Shown: positions 8,416 through 19,300 of the stretch, one piece after another | Layout of the letters: each line of letters begins with the position of its first letter | Position numbering within the stretch: the stretch's first letter is position 1 | From: a virus | Lineage: Duplodnaviria > Caudoviricetes | Reading direction: 5' to 3' (one strand) | DNA length: 56,337 nucleotides | Virus record (IMG/VR): IMGVR_UViG_3300047308_000211 | Span: 1-56,337 of that record | Notes under the pieces: generated by a model | What the model was told of the DNA's origin: nothing | Database searches by the model: none | What the model saw: only the letters and a program-made list of their open reading frames with translations | Program-made: the position numbers and the translations under genes

Positions 8416-9744
8416 ATGGCATTTAATTTAATTCGTAATAGTCGCGTATTTTACACTAGCAATGTAGATGCAGCAGGTAAAGTCAACACTGCAAATTTTA
8501 CCAAGGCTAACACTCGCGAAATTCAAGTTTTGGAAGGATTCTCATTCTCTCAAAACACTACTTCAGAAACAGTTACACTAAACGAAGCTGGTGCAGCTCC
8601 AGTTCGTGGACAACGTAGTTTTAACACTGCTCTTGATCCAGCTGATTTCTCGTTTACAACTTATATGCGCCCACAAGATGGCGGCACAAACATTACTGCT
8701 GAAGAAGCTGTTTTGTGGAACGCAATGTTCTCGGCTACCGAATACAGTGCTACTGCTCCTGCGGCAGTTACCGCAGGTAGTTTTGTAGCAGGCACAAAGT
8801 ATACTATTACAGCACTTAGCGACGGTATCGGTGGATCTGCTACTAGCTTTACCTCTATTGGTGCTTCAGCCAATACTGTTGGAGTTGTATTTACTGCCAC
8901 AGGTGTGGGAACTGGAACTGGAACAGCCACACCGGTACCTGCTCAAGCATGGACAGACGGCACTAGTTCAGCAATTTGTACAGTTACAAACTCAGACAAA
9001 CACCAGTTATTGCCTTTTGGTATGATTATTGTTGTTGACTCAACTACTTTTGTTATCGATAACTGCGTTTTAAACACAGCAACAATCGACTTTGGATTAG
9101 ACGCTATTGCTTCAATTCAGTGGGCCGGACAAGGCGGCACCTTACGTCAGATAACTTCACCAGCTATTGCATCTGGCACAGTTAGCGCAGGCGGATCTTT
9201 TACCGGTAGTTTAACAGGCGTGTTCTTACAAAAAGTTACTAGTGCTCCTTATATTGCCAACAAGTTGAGTGTTGTAACACTAGACGCAGGTATTGGTCTA
9301 GGAGTTGGTACAAGTTACACAGTGCCAATTACTGGTGGTAGCTTGACTATTTCCAATAATGTCACATATTTAACACCTGCTAACTTAGCAACTGTTAATA
9401 AACCTATTACCTACTTTACAAGTACACGTGCTATCAGTGGTAGTTTGAACGCCTACTTGCGCACAGGTACTGGATATACTGCCGACTTACTGGACACTAT
9501 GTTGGCTGATTCTGCTACAGCGGTTGCTCCAGCATATGCCATGAAAATATCTGTGGGCGGTACTGGTACTACTAAAGTTGACTTTACAATGCCTGCTGTT
9601 GTGTTAACAATTCCAACAATTAATGCTGAACAAGTTGTGTCAACAACCATTAACTTTACAGCCCAAGGCTATACCGGTACTGACTTTGATATCGGATCTG
9701 CCAACGAGTTGTCAATTACTTACACAACTACTAACGCAGTTTAA
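8416..9744 (+). CDS. Major tail tube protein (T5 pb6-like)
   Basis: N-terminal LIRNSRVF, FSFSQ, RGQRSFNTALDP.DFSFTTYMRP resemble pb6; AAGGA RBS. Confidence 0.85.
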   Translation: MAFNLIRNSRVFYTSNVDAAGKVNTANFTKANTREIQVLEGFSFSQNTTSETVTLNEAGAAPVRGQRSFNTALDPADFSFTTYMRPQDGGTNITAEEAVLWNAMFSATEYSATAPAAVTAGSFVAGTKYTITALSDGIGGSATSFTSIGASANTVGVVFTATGVGTGTGTATPVPAQAWTDGTSSAICTVTNSDKHQLLPFGMIIVVDSTTFVIDNCVLNTATIDFGLDAIASIQWAGQGGTLRQITSPAIASGTVSAGGSFTGSLTGVFLQKVTSAPYIANKLSVVTLDAGIGLGVGTSYTVPITGGSLTISNNVTYLTPANLATVNKPITYFTSTRAISGSLNAYLRTGTGYTADLLDTMLADSATAVAPAYAMKISVGGTGTTKVDFTMPAVVLTIPTINAEQVVSTTINFTAQGYTGTDFDIGSANELSITYTTTNAV

Positions 9745-9755
9745 TAACTTGATCT

Positions 9756-9790
9756 GGGCTAAGCATGGTGCTTAGCCTATTGTATTCTTT
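9756..9790 (+). terminator. Hairpin / weak terminator after the major tail gene
   Basis: GGCTAAGCA-TGG-TGCTTAGCC stem followed by an imperfect T-rich tract. Confidence 0.55.
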
Positions 9791-9802
9791 AATAATAAAA
9801 AT

Positions 9803-10213
9803 ATGTCTGAAATTTCTTTAAAATCCCTTTTAGTTCCCAGTAAATCTGTTGAAGTTGAATATCCAGGCATGCCTGGTTTCAAAGTTAATATTGCGTTTTT
9901 AAGCCGTGAAACACTGCTTAATATTCGTAAGAAATCAACAAAGACTTCATTTAAAAACCGTCAAGCCGCAGAAGAGTTTAACGAAGACTTATTCTTGCAA
10001 CTTTATGTTGAGGCTGCCGTTAAAGGTTGGACTGGACTTAAATTATCGTATCTTGAACAACTTGCCCCAGTTGATTTAACTGGACAAAAACCAGAGGCTG
10101 AATTAGGTTTTACTTCTGAGAACGCACTGTACTTGATGAAAAACTCAAGTAATTTTGATGGCTTTATTAGCGAACAGGTCTCAGACTTGGGAAACTTTTC
10201 GAAGAGCAACTAA
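9803..10213 (+). CDS. Tail assembly chaperone (gpG-like, T5 p139-like)
   Basis: Lies between tail tube and tape measure; VKGWTGLK motif; ends at a slippery site. Confidence 0.8.
   Translation: MSEISLKSLLVPSKSVEVEYPGMPGFKVNIAFLSRETLLNIRKKSTKTSFKNRQAAEEFNEDLFLQLYVEAAVKGWTGLKLSYLEQLAPVDLTGQKPEAELGFTSENALYLMKNSSNFDGFISEQVSDLGNFSKSN
10189..10195 (+). promoter_or_regulatory. -1 programmed ribosomal frameshift slippery heptamer G GGA AAC
   Basis: X XXY YYZ in the correct phase (ttG GGA AAC); the -1 frame is open to 10581. Confidence 0.8.
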
Positions 10214-10227
10214 GTCGAGTTACTAAG

Positions 10228-10581
10228 TTGCTGACAAACTATATGCAAAATAGTAGTGTTGCAATGTCAAAAGAAACGTACTTTGAAATGTGCGAAGCTT
10301 TGGGCAATGAGCCCATAGAGGAAGAAATTCCCGTAGAGTTTGAAGATTTTCCACTGGAAGTTCAACAAGCACTAATTGCATACAGGATGCTTCGAGATGA
10401 GTGGGATTCAATGAGCGGTACTTATTTAGGTAAGTCGCTTATTGGTATTACTGAAGTTTTAGAAGCTACAGAAATTGATCAAGAAGATAGAAAGTTTATA
10501 ACTATGCTTGTTCGCACTATAGATGGTGTAAGAATACAAGAGATCAATAATAAACAAAAACTTGAAAAGCCCGCTAAGTAA
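10228..10581 (+). CDS. Tail assembly chaperone C-terminal part (gpT-like), probably made as a G-T frameshift fusion
   Basis: Lies in the -1 frame of the upstream chaperone and is open from the slippery site; only a weak TTG start at 10228. Confidence 0.75.
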   Translation: MLTNYMQNSSVAMSKETYFEMCEALGNEPIEEEIPVEFEDFPLEVQQALIAYRMLRDEWDSMSGTYLGKSLIGITEVLEATEIDQEDRKFITMLVRTIDGVRIQEINNKQKLEKPAK

Positions 10582-10598
10582 TTTAGTGGGCTTTTTTT
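10565..10598 (+). terminator. Intrinsic terminator
   Basis: AAAAGCCCGCTAA / TTAGTGGGCTTTT stem (one G-U pair) with a T7 tail. Confidence 0.8.
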
Positions 10599-10618
10599 AT
10601 GCTTTGAAATTTTAGATA

Positions 10619-10647
10619 TTGACAAGTTTGACCATATGTGCTATAAT
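10619..10647 (+). promoter_or_regulatory. Consensus sigma70 promoter upstream of the tape measure gene
   Basis: TTGACA (10619-10624), 17 bp, TG-n-TATAAT (TATAAT 10642-10647). Confidence 0.88.
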
Positions 10648-10709
10648 GGTCCTAATGAAAAATATCTAATTTTTTAATATGCCACACATTCCTTTTAGGA
10701 GGGGCTCTA

Positions 10710-13700
10710 ATGACCAATAAGGTAATCGTCGAAGTTGAAATGCTGGACTCTAAGAAGTCGCTTGACAAATTAGACCAAGGCGCTAAACGCGCAAATAAAA
10801 CGCTTGAGCGTACCCAGGAGTTAATGGCGGGTACAAAAGGCGGATCAAAAGCAGCTAATGCCGCTTTTCAACAAACCGAATATAATACAGCTCGCGGTAC
10901 TATTGGTACAGGCGCTAGCGGTCGCGATTTTGCTAAACAATCTCGCGAACTAGACGGATTAGTTCGTTTATACTCTATTTATGCCGCCAATATCTTTGCT
11001 GCAGGTGCCGCTTTTCGTGCACTTAGCGAAGCTATGGATACTACAAACATGATTGCTGGCTTAAACCAATTAGGTGCTGCCAGTGGTGTTGCCATGGGCG
11101 GATTAGCCAAGCGATTCTCGGAGGCAAGCGGTGGAGCTATTAGCTTACGCGAGTCAATGGAAGCAACTGCCAAAGCTGTGTCTAGCGGATTGTCACAAGC
11201 ACAGTTTTTACAATTAGGCGATGTTGCTAAGAAAGCTTCACAGGCATTAGGTGTTAATATGTCTGACGCTGTTAGTCGTTTGACTCGTGGTATTACAAAG
11301 CTTGAACCTGAACTATTAGACGAATTGGGTATTTTTACTAAAGTTGGTAAAGCTACTGAAGATTATGCACGTGCTATTGGTAAACCAGTTTCTGCACTAA
11401 CAGACTTTGAAAAACGCCAGGCTTTTGCTAATGCAGTCTTAGCCGAAGGTGCTCAAAAGTTTGGACAAATCGACATTCCTACTAATCCTTATGATAAATT
11501 ATTGGCTACATTAAAGAATGTAGCTCAAGCAGGTTTAGAGATTGTTAATAATGTATTAGGGCCTTTTGCAAACTTACTTGCAAAAAATAGTGGCTTATTA
11601 GTTGGTGTTCTTGGATTGATTGGTGCTAAAATTGTAAAAGATGCACTACCTGCTATTGGGCAGTGGAGATCAAGTTTAAAAGATGCAGCAGATGAAGCTC
11701 GCAAACGTAGTTCTGATATTGCTGCAAGTTTTGGCGAAGGTTTTGTTGAACGTACAAATGCAGCATTTAAAGTACCCGAACTAGAAAGTAACTTAAAGAA
11801 GTCCGAAGACGCTTATCGTGCTAGTCGTGCAAAAATGGCTACAATGGATACAGATCTTTCTAAGCGAGTGCTTAAAGGCGGAGGCGGAACTGACGAAAAA
11901 AGCTTAAAATCACAACAATCTAGGCTTACTAGAGAAATAAATAAATTAAAAGCTGACGGATTAGCCCTCGATAATGCACAGATTATAGCACTAGAAAAAC
12001 AAAAAGCCACAATAATTGCACTGAAGAATGATCTAAAGTCTTTAAAAGCCGCTAAAAATGCCTCCTTAGATAAAGCAGAGTCGGGCGGCGGCAGTATGTT
12101 TGAAAGAATGGGCGATTGGTTACGTGCTAGTTCTGCTAAAGGTGCTCGCGATAAAGCTACACGATTAGATATATTAAGTAACGTAAGTAAAAATCAAACA
12201 GAAAAAGGATTTGGATCCGCTATTGGTACGATGATGAAAGACCTAGACGCACTGCCTGGTAAATTCCAGAAAGTACGCACAGGTATAGCTGGAATTGCTA
12301 TTGCAGGTGCTGGTTCAGTTGGTACAGCAATATCAGGATTAAGTAGGTTTTTAGGACCAGTAGGTATAGGCTTAGGTATCTTACAGGCAGCCTTACCTTT
12401 ATTCAGAAGTAATGAAGAAGATGCCGCACGTTTTGCAGGTTCATTAGATTTATTAAAAGAAAATTCAGAAAATGCTTTCCGAGTATTAGAGAGACTTAGT
12501 AAACTAGATCCATTAGCACAACTTTCTGTAGACAACATATTTGCTAAAGGGACAGCGCTTGAAAGCCTAGGCACAAGTATGTCTAAAGCGTTTACGGATA
12601 TTGAAACAGAAATAAAAAATCGTAATAAAGCAGATACAATTACTAATTTTTTAGCCGGTTTAATAGGCCAAAGTTCAGAACAGTTATTATCCAAACAAAT
12701 AAGTAATACTGTTGAAAGAGCCGTAAAGTTATCTGTTAATGGCTCTAATAATAAAGCAGTACAAGAACAGTTAGTAGAATTATTAAGCTTACCTGCTAAT
12801 GCCAGTACAAATGCAATTAAAGAAGCTTTAAAAGACGCTAGCCCAGCCATACAACAAGCTGCAGCTAAAATTATAGAAGATTCAGGTAAAAAAGCAGTAG
12901 CTTCCGCAGGTTCTTTTAAGACCTTTAAAGACAGTTTATTGGAAAGTGGTAAAATCTATCAAGATCTAATAAATACAACAAAAAATTCTACTCCATTAAC
13001 TAAATTTGCTGAAGATAGTTCTAAAAAGATTCTGGAACTAACTAAAACACTGGATAATGCAGCTCTCCCAGAAAAACTAATTACTCTTAGAGACTTATCA
13101 GGAGACATTAACTTTTTACAGTTATTTCCGCCGTCTGTAGCAAAAAATATTTTATCAACTAATTCTGAGTTAACTAATTTGAGTACACAATTAGCTGAAG
13201 TAGATTATAGACAAAATCTATATAATGATGCTTTGAATGATAATCAAAAAATTGTGGAAAAATTTGCAGGTCGCACATTATTACCTTATGACGATGCTAA
13301 AAGCCTTGAAGTTGCTAAAGCATCTATAGTTCAACTTAATGAACAGTTAAGCAAATTACAAGGTACAAAAAGCACTATTGGAGCAGGTTTAGAAAGCGCT
13401 TCGTTAAAATTTACAAATTCCATGAGGCTTGGTCTAATAGCAAATATTGATACTTTTACCCAAGGTTTAATAGATGCTACAGCAAGAGGGGCATTAGAGC
13501 TTAAGAAAGCAGCTGTAGGCGGTATATCAGATCCAAGACTAAAAGCAACTGTTCAACAAGACATTGATTTAAAAGGATTTGCTTTAGATCGTAAAATGCT
13601 AGAAGTACAATTGAGTTTAATAGAATCTAATGCTAATTTACGTTTAGCTATAATGGAAAATACGTTACAAGCAAAAATAGAAAAAGCAGGTATAACAGGT

Positions 13701-15425
13701 ACACCAGAAGATATTGCATTTCAACTTACTTTACCAAAAAATAAAGCTTTATTTAATGATCAAATGGCTATTGATGTTTTTAAAGAAGGTAAAGGAAAAA
13801 GTACCGCTCAACTCAGAAAAGAGCTTGCAGCTGGTAATATGGGTCCTGGAGTTTTGCAAGGTATGGGAGAAGCACTTGGTACCTCACAAGCACGAGAAGC
13901 CTTAAAAGCACAAATAGCTGCTAATGATGCTAAAGTAGGTGCACGTAAGATACAGGGAAACCTTGAAGACATTGATGCTAACAAAGAAGTAATTTTAAAG
14001 AATCTTGCTAACCTACAAAGAAATATAGATCAGGAACAGTTAGCGTTTGCTGAGAAAAAAGACCAAATGAGTGACGCTGATTTTAAAGCAGCTAACCAAT
14101 TATTTTTAGTTCGTAAAGCAGATGCTGAACAGGCTGCAAAAATTGTTGAGGCTAGTGCGGCGGTACAAAAAGCTCAAGAAATAACAGGAATTCTAACTAC
14201 AAAAGAAAGTGAGCAAAATTTAAAGTATGCTAATGACGCTTTTGATGTTACTTCAAAACAAGCTGTAAAAGATAGAGATCTCGCAATTTCTGGAGCACAA
14301 AGAGCCGCAGACACTGCAAAAGCTGTAGAAAATAAAACTAAAGAGTTAAAAGGTGCTGACCAACTAGCAATAGAAGATGCAGCTAGTATAGATAGAATTA
14401 TTGCTAAGAATAAAATAGCACAAGATGAGTTAACCCTTAAACAGCAATTATCACAAATAGATAGCGAATCTTTTAAGAAACAGATGGATGCCTTAAAAGT
14501 AAATGAAGCAAGACTAGAGCAAACCAAACAGCTGACAGCCGCAGAAGTTGCGTATAATCAGGAAATAGGAAAATTAGATCTTGCTAAAACAGAAGCAGGT
14601 GGAGTTCTTACAGGTGCAAAGCTTGAAGCCGACCAAACTGCTAGAGCAAATCTCTTAAAGAACTATAAAGACCAAAGAGACGCAATTTTATTAGTAACAG
14701 ACGCACAAATTAAAAGTGCAGAAGTTCAAAGAGATACAACACTTAGGCAAGAAGCGTATACTAACTTATTTACGCAAGCATTTAAAAGTATGGAAGACGC
14801 TATTGTTAACTTTACTAAAACTGGTAAATTAAGTTTCAAAGACATGATTAGCAGTTTTCTTGAAGGTTTATTACGCTATGAAATTGAACAACAACGAATA
14901 ATGTTGTTTAAAGGCGTAGGCGGAGCAAGCGGGTTAAGTACTATGCTAATGGGAGCACTAGGTTTTCGTAGTGGACCAAGTACACCTTTTGGTGGAAGCG
15001 TAGTTGGCGGTGAGTTTGGTGGTGCTGCTAATGGTGCAGTATTTGACGGTGGGCTTACTAAATTTGCAAAAGGCGGGGCCTTTACTAACTCTGTTGTAAA
15101 CTCTCCAACATTGTTTAAATTTGCTAAAGGTGCTGGTTTAATGGGCGAAGCAGGGCCGGAAGCTATTATGCCTCTGCATCGCGGAACAGACGGAAGTCTA
15201 GGTGTTCGCACAGGTGGTAATAGTGGTGGAAATGTAGACGTAGTTGTTAATAACTTTGGAAGTGAAAAGGCTACTACTAGAGAAACCACTGATTCACGTG
15301 GAAATCGTAAAATAGAAGTTATTATTGGTGATATGGTTGCAAGCGAAGTGAGCCGTGTAGGTAGCCCAGTACAGCAATCAATAACAAGTAACTTTAATAA
15401 TAAGCCTGCTCTAGTAAGGAGATAA
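10710..15425 (+). CDS. Tape measure protein
   Basis: 1571 aa, helical and Ala/Lys-rich. N-terminus resembles T5 pb2 (ALGVNMSDAVSRLTRGITKLEPELLDELGI); C-terminus has the lambda H-type FAKGG...MGEAGPEAIMPL motif. AGGAGG RBS. Confidence 0.92.
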   Translation: MTNKVIVEVEMLDSKKSLDKLDQGAKRANKTLERTQELMAGTKGGSKAANAAFQQTEYNTARGTIGTGASGRDFAKQSRELDGLVRLYSIYAANIFAAGAAFRALSEAMDTTNMIAGLNQLGAASGVAMGGLAKRFSEASGGAISLRESMEATAKAVSSGLSQAQFLQLGDVAKKASQALGVNMSDAVSRLTRGITKLEPELLDELGIFTKVGKATEDYARAIGKPVSALTDFEKRQAFANAVLAEGAQKFGQIDIPTNPYDKLLATLKNVAQAGLEIVNNVLGPFANLLAKNSGLLVGVLGLIGAKIVKDALPAIGQWRSSLKDAADEARKRSSDIAASFGEGFVERTNAAFKVPELESNLKKSEDAYRASRAKMATMDTDLSKRVLKGGGGTDEKSLKSQQSRLTREINKLKADGLALDNAQIIALEKQKATIIALKNDLKSLKAAKNASLDKAESGGGSMFERMGDWLRASSAKGARDKATRLDILSNVSKNQTEKGFGSAIGTMMKDLDALPGKFQKVRTGIAGIAIAGAGSVGTAISGLSRFLGPVGIGLGILQAALPLFRSNEEDAARFAGSLDLLKENSENAFRVLERLSKLDPLAQLSVDNIFAKGTALESLGTSMSKAFTDIETEIKNRNKADTITNFLAGLIGQSSEQLLSKQISNTVERAVKLSVNGSNNKAVQEQLVELLSLPANASTNAIKEALKDASPAIQQAAAKIIEDSGKKAVASAGSFKTFKDSLLESGKIYQDLINTTKNSTPLTKFAEDSSKKILELTKTLDNAALPEKLITLRDLSGDINFLQLFPPSVAKNILSTNSELTNLSTQLAEVDYRQNLYNDALNDNQKIVEKFAGRTLLPYDDAKSLEVAKASIVQLNEQLSKLQGTKSTIGAGLESASLKFTNSMRLGLIANIDTFTQGLIDATARGALELKKAAVGGISDPRLKATVQQDIDLKGFALDRKMLEVQLSLIESNANLRLAIMENTLQAKIEKAGITGTPEDIAFQLTLPKNKALFNDQMAIDVFKEGKGKSTAQLRKELAAGNMGPGVLQGMGEALGTSQAREALKAQIAANDAKVGARKIQGNLEDIDANKEVILKNLANLQRNIDQEQLAFAEKKDQMSDADFKAANQLFLVRKADAEQAAKIVEASAAVQKAQEITGILTTKESEQNLKYANDAFDVTSKQAVKDRDLAISGAQRAADTAKAVENKTKELKGADQLAIEDAASIDRIIAKNKIAQDELTLKQQLSQIDSESFKKQMDALKVNEARLEQTKQLTAAEVAYNQEIGKLDLAKTEAGGVLTGAKLEADQTARANLLKNYKDQRDAILLVTDAQIKSAEVQRDTTLRQEAYTNLFTQAFKSMEDAIVNFTKTGKLSFKDMISSFLEGLLRYEIEQQRIMLFKGVGGASGLSTMLMGALGFRSGPSTPFGGSVVGGEFGGAANGAVFDGGLTKFAKGGAFTNSVVNSPTLFKFAKGAGLMGEAGPEAIMPLHRGTDGSLGVRTGGNSGGNVDVVVNNFGSEKATTRETTDSRGNRKIEVIIGDMVASEVSRVGSPVQQSITSNFNNKPALVRR

Positions 15426-15427
15426 TT

Positions 15428-15802
15428 ATGGCAATTCCATCTTGGGCAACTACACCGTCGCCAGCACTACCACAGGTACCTCAAAAAGGATTTACAGAGT
15501 CCGTTGGTGTGAGCATTATTCGCTCACCCATGGACGCTGGTCCAGCTAAGCAGCGACGCAGAAGTGTTGGTGTTAATACAATGGAACTTAGTTTTATAAT
15601 GACAACTGCTCAAACAGTAAGTCTAGAAAATTTTATTGCTACTACCTTATCAGGAACTAAACGATTTAGTTTTCCGCATCCAAGAAAAGGCACTACTGTA
15701 GAAGTTCGCATTATTCCCAGTGGAGATAGTGAGTTCTTTAAACTACAATACTTAGCTCCAGGATACTGGAGCACGTCTTTAAAATTTGAAATACTACCAT
15801 AA
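15428..15802 (+). CDS. Distal tail / minor tail protein
   Basis: IRSPMDAGPAKQRRR and FSFPHP motifs; directly after the tape measure. Confidence 0.7.
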   Translation: MAIPSWATTPSPALPQVPQKGFTESVGVSIIRSPMDAGPAKQRRRSVGVNTMELSFIMTTAQTVSLENFIATTLSGTKRFSFPHPRKGTTVEVRIIPSGDSEFFKLQYLAPGYWSTSLKFEILP

Positions 15803-16368
15803 TGAGCAGACTAAGTAGACTATCCCCCGCAGCAATTAAAGCAATGTTTTCGTCTGAAACAGATGAACAGCTTATAATGCTGCTTACAATTTACGATCCT
15901 AACGGTAGCAGCGATCCTGCAGCTGCCACTACTCCTATTAGATTATCTGACAATTACACAAAACGAATTACAACTGCAACAACTGATAACTCTGTGATAA
16001 CTACTGATAATGAAGTTATTTATGGAGTTACTAGTCGCACAAAAGATTTTATATTTTTACCAATGACCCTAAATCTTCCCAACGACCAGGGTACTGGCTT
16101 GGGCGACTGCTCAATCTCACTAAACTTTGTTTCACCAGAAACAATAACACTTATTCGTGATCATTTACGCATACGAACTAAAGTATTGATTGAATTAGTA
16201 GTTTCCAGTAATATTGATAGTGTAGAAGCAACATTTACAGACTTTTATATTACATCAGCAACATATAATGCTGAAAGCGTTAATTTAAATCTAAGTATGA
16301 TCAGTTATAATACTGAGCCTTTCCCTAGTTTTAATTTTACCCCCAATTATTTTCCAGGACTATTCTAA
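15802..16368 (+). CDS. Minor tail tip protein (DUF1833-like)
   Basis: LLTI..P, F.FLPM.L.LP and C-terminal EPFP...FTP.YFPGLF motifs. Confidence 0.7.
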   Translation: MSRLSRLSPAAIKAMFSSETDEQLIMLLTIYDPNGSSDPAAATTPIRLSDNYTKRITTATTDNSVITTDNEVIYGVTSRTKDFIFLPMTLNLPNDQGTGLGDCSISLNFVSPETITLIRDHLRIRTKVLIELVVSSNIDSVEATFTDFYITSATYNAESVNLNLSMISYNTEPFPSFNFTPNYFPGLF

Positions 16369-19300
16369 TGAATTATGATAAATATATTGGATTACCATAC
16401 CTTGATAATGGCAGAACTGAAGCAGGCGTTGACTGCTGGGGATTAGCTCGTGTATTCTATAAAAACGAATACGACATAGACTTACCCAGTTATGTTGATG
16501 AATATATTGGTGGCACTGATCCGTATATTGTAGAAGCAGTAAATCTTTATAAAGATAACTGGGAAGAAATCACCACACCAGATATTGGAGACTTGTGTCT
16601 TTTTAATATTTTTGGTGAGCCTATGCACGTGGGTGTATATGTTGGCGACAACAAGTTTTTACACTGCCGTCGTGGTAGCGACTCTGTTATTGAGTCATTA
16701 AATAATGTAAAGTGGAAAAACCGCTTTCAAGGATTTTATGCATATGCCCCGCAAGCACAAGTGCAAGCTGTTGGAGCACCCCACCCATTAAAACTGCGAG
16801 TTTATCGAGATTGGACTGCAGAAGGCACAACTATCAAAGATTTCGTAGAATTTGTAAAAAACAAATATACGGTCGGAACAGAATTAGTTGGCAGAATTGT
16901 AATAATGTTGGATGGAGTAGTTATTCCTAGAACAGATTGGGAAACTACTAGAGTTAAAGCTGGGCAGGAGCTATCGTACAAAACTATAGCTCAAGGTAAT
17001 TCAACAACGCGTATGCTGATAATGATCGCAGCTTTTATTATTACTGGCTATACTCCTACAGGTAGCGAGTTGACTTTAGGTCAAACAGTAGGTGGCATGG
17101 TACCAGGCGTCAGCGCCGCTAATGCACAACTAGTAGGCAGTTTAATTATTAGCTCATCAGCAATGATCTTGTCTAATGTTATAGCACCAATTCGTCCGCC
17201 TACAACAAATAACCCAGGTAGTGCTAATGCCTTAAACTTATTAACAGGACAGGCAAACCAATCAAATCTATATAACTCAATCCCTGTAGTCCTAGGCAAA
17301 GTTCGTTTTTCGGGTATGCTTGGAGCTACTCCTTATGTAGAGTCCTTAACCGAAACAAATATTTTAAATACAGCTATTGTGTGGGGATTTGGCCCACTTG
17401 CAGTTGATGACATATGTATTGGCGCAAAACCAATTCTTGACTTTTATAGTGGCGAACCTACTTCTGTTGTTCGCCCTGTTACAGTACAAGGATTTGCAAA
17501 AAACTATGTTGCAGGAGGTATAGCAGATAGTTTCAACAATCTATATGGGCGAGATGTCGATCAAAAAACTGTAAATTTAGAATTAACTAATAATGCCAGT
17601 AATATTTCGGGCACTAATACCTCTACTAGTAGATGGCAACAAATCGACTTAGATCAAGTTTCTGATGCAGTTGATATTGTATTATCTTTTCCAGAAGGTA
17701 TGCGTAAGATTAATACTAAAACTGGTACAGTAGGTGCTACTAGTTGTAAGCTAGAAATACAAATGCGTAAATATAGTATTGCACCTTGGCTTGAGAATGA
17801 CGCTAGTTCTGCTATTGGTATTTATGACTATACATCTAGCGACGCTACTGCATACAGTCTTTTTGAATTAGTGCCTCCGTACGATCCAGATTCAGATGGC
17901 ACAACACTTTACCGCTACACAACTTTTTGTTTGAGCCCTAACGGAGGAGCCGTTAGACTTGATGGAGCTGTAACAGATATACTAGGTGCTAATGCAAGTG
18001 CAGGATTACAAGCAAAATATGCACAAACTGGTTACAACTCCTTATTAGGCACGTACTCTACAAAAGGTTACTTACCAGAAATTCCTCCTGGATATTTACC
18101 ACTTTATACATTTTACCAAAACACTAACGGAACTTATACCATGTGGACAAACTATATCACTGGATATAGTGGAGTAGATCGTTTAGGCTGGTCTGACGTT
18201 AGCGGTACTGAGCAAATAGGTAGTGGCGAAGATGTTACTTGGACAACTCCGGCAATTAAAACTATTAAAATTGAATCGGGTAGAGTATACTCGCTGAGCA
18301 GTGGAGCAGATCCATCCGCTTCAGAAGTAGAGATTTGGAGTACTTTAAATGCTTTATCTGCCTCAGGTGTTGTTCGTAAATCAAATGGCGGTAAGTGGGG
18401 CGACTTCTTAAAAACTTACGGTATTTGGGGAACAGCTTACTCTACTCCCGCTCCAAGTGGTTATGGCGGATCATGGGTTAAAATAATTGAAAATGTTAAC
18501 TTTCCTTATGACGGATACTATACTGTAGAAGCCGCAGCTGATGACCAAGGAGAGATATTAATCGACGGAGTCCGTGCTGTCCAAGTTCCTAAATCAGGAA
18601 CTGGTAATATGATTGATAGTATTAAAGGTCTTATTAAATTAAAAGCTGGTACACATAATGTTACACTAAGTGGCGTAGATAATCAATCTAATGACATGGG
18701 TATTGCGGCTAAAATTACCTACTTTGCTAACAATGGAGTAAACTTACGCGCTAGTCCAAATACAATTCTTACCTTTGGTGAAGGTGCTTGGTTTGAGAAA
18801 CGTAAAGATGCCTTTAACTGGGTACACTCTGTTGAGAACTTAGAGCGTGCTAAATGGCAGATACGTGTTCGCCGTACAAACTCAGATGAAACCGAAGATG
18901 AAGTTGATCAGAAAAAGTTTCACAAAGCAGTATTAAGCAATGTAGTTGGATACGATAACCAACAGCAACCAATGTTAAACCCGCCCGGATGTTATTTGGC
19001 AAAAACTGCTGTTCGTGTTCAAAGCACTAATAAGATAAATGGTCAGATTGATGGTATCAATGCTTTAGTACAAACTATTACCTGGGACTATGATAGAACC
19101 GCAGGTACATGGGAAAACTTACGTGCTACCAACAACCCTGCTAGTTTATTTGCTTATGTACTTATGCATCCAGCAAATGCTTTCAGGATAACTCCCTCGA
19201 ATATAGACTTAGTTAGTCTAACTGCATGGCACAACTTCTGTAATCCTATTCCTCAAATAGTAAATACTCCTAATGTAGAAAAAGGCAAGTATTATACTAT

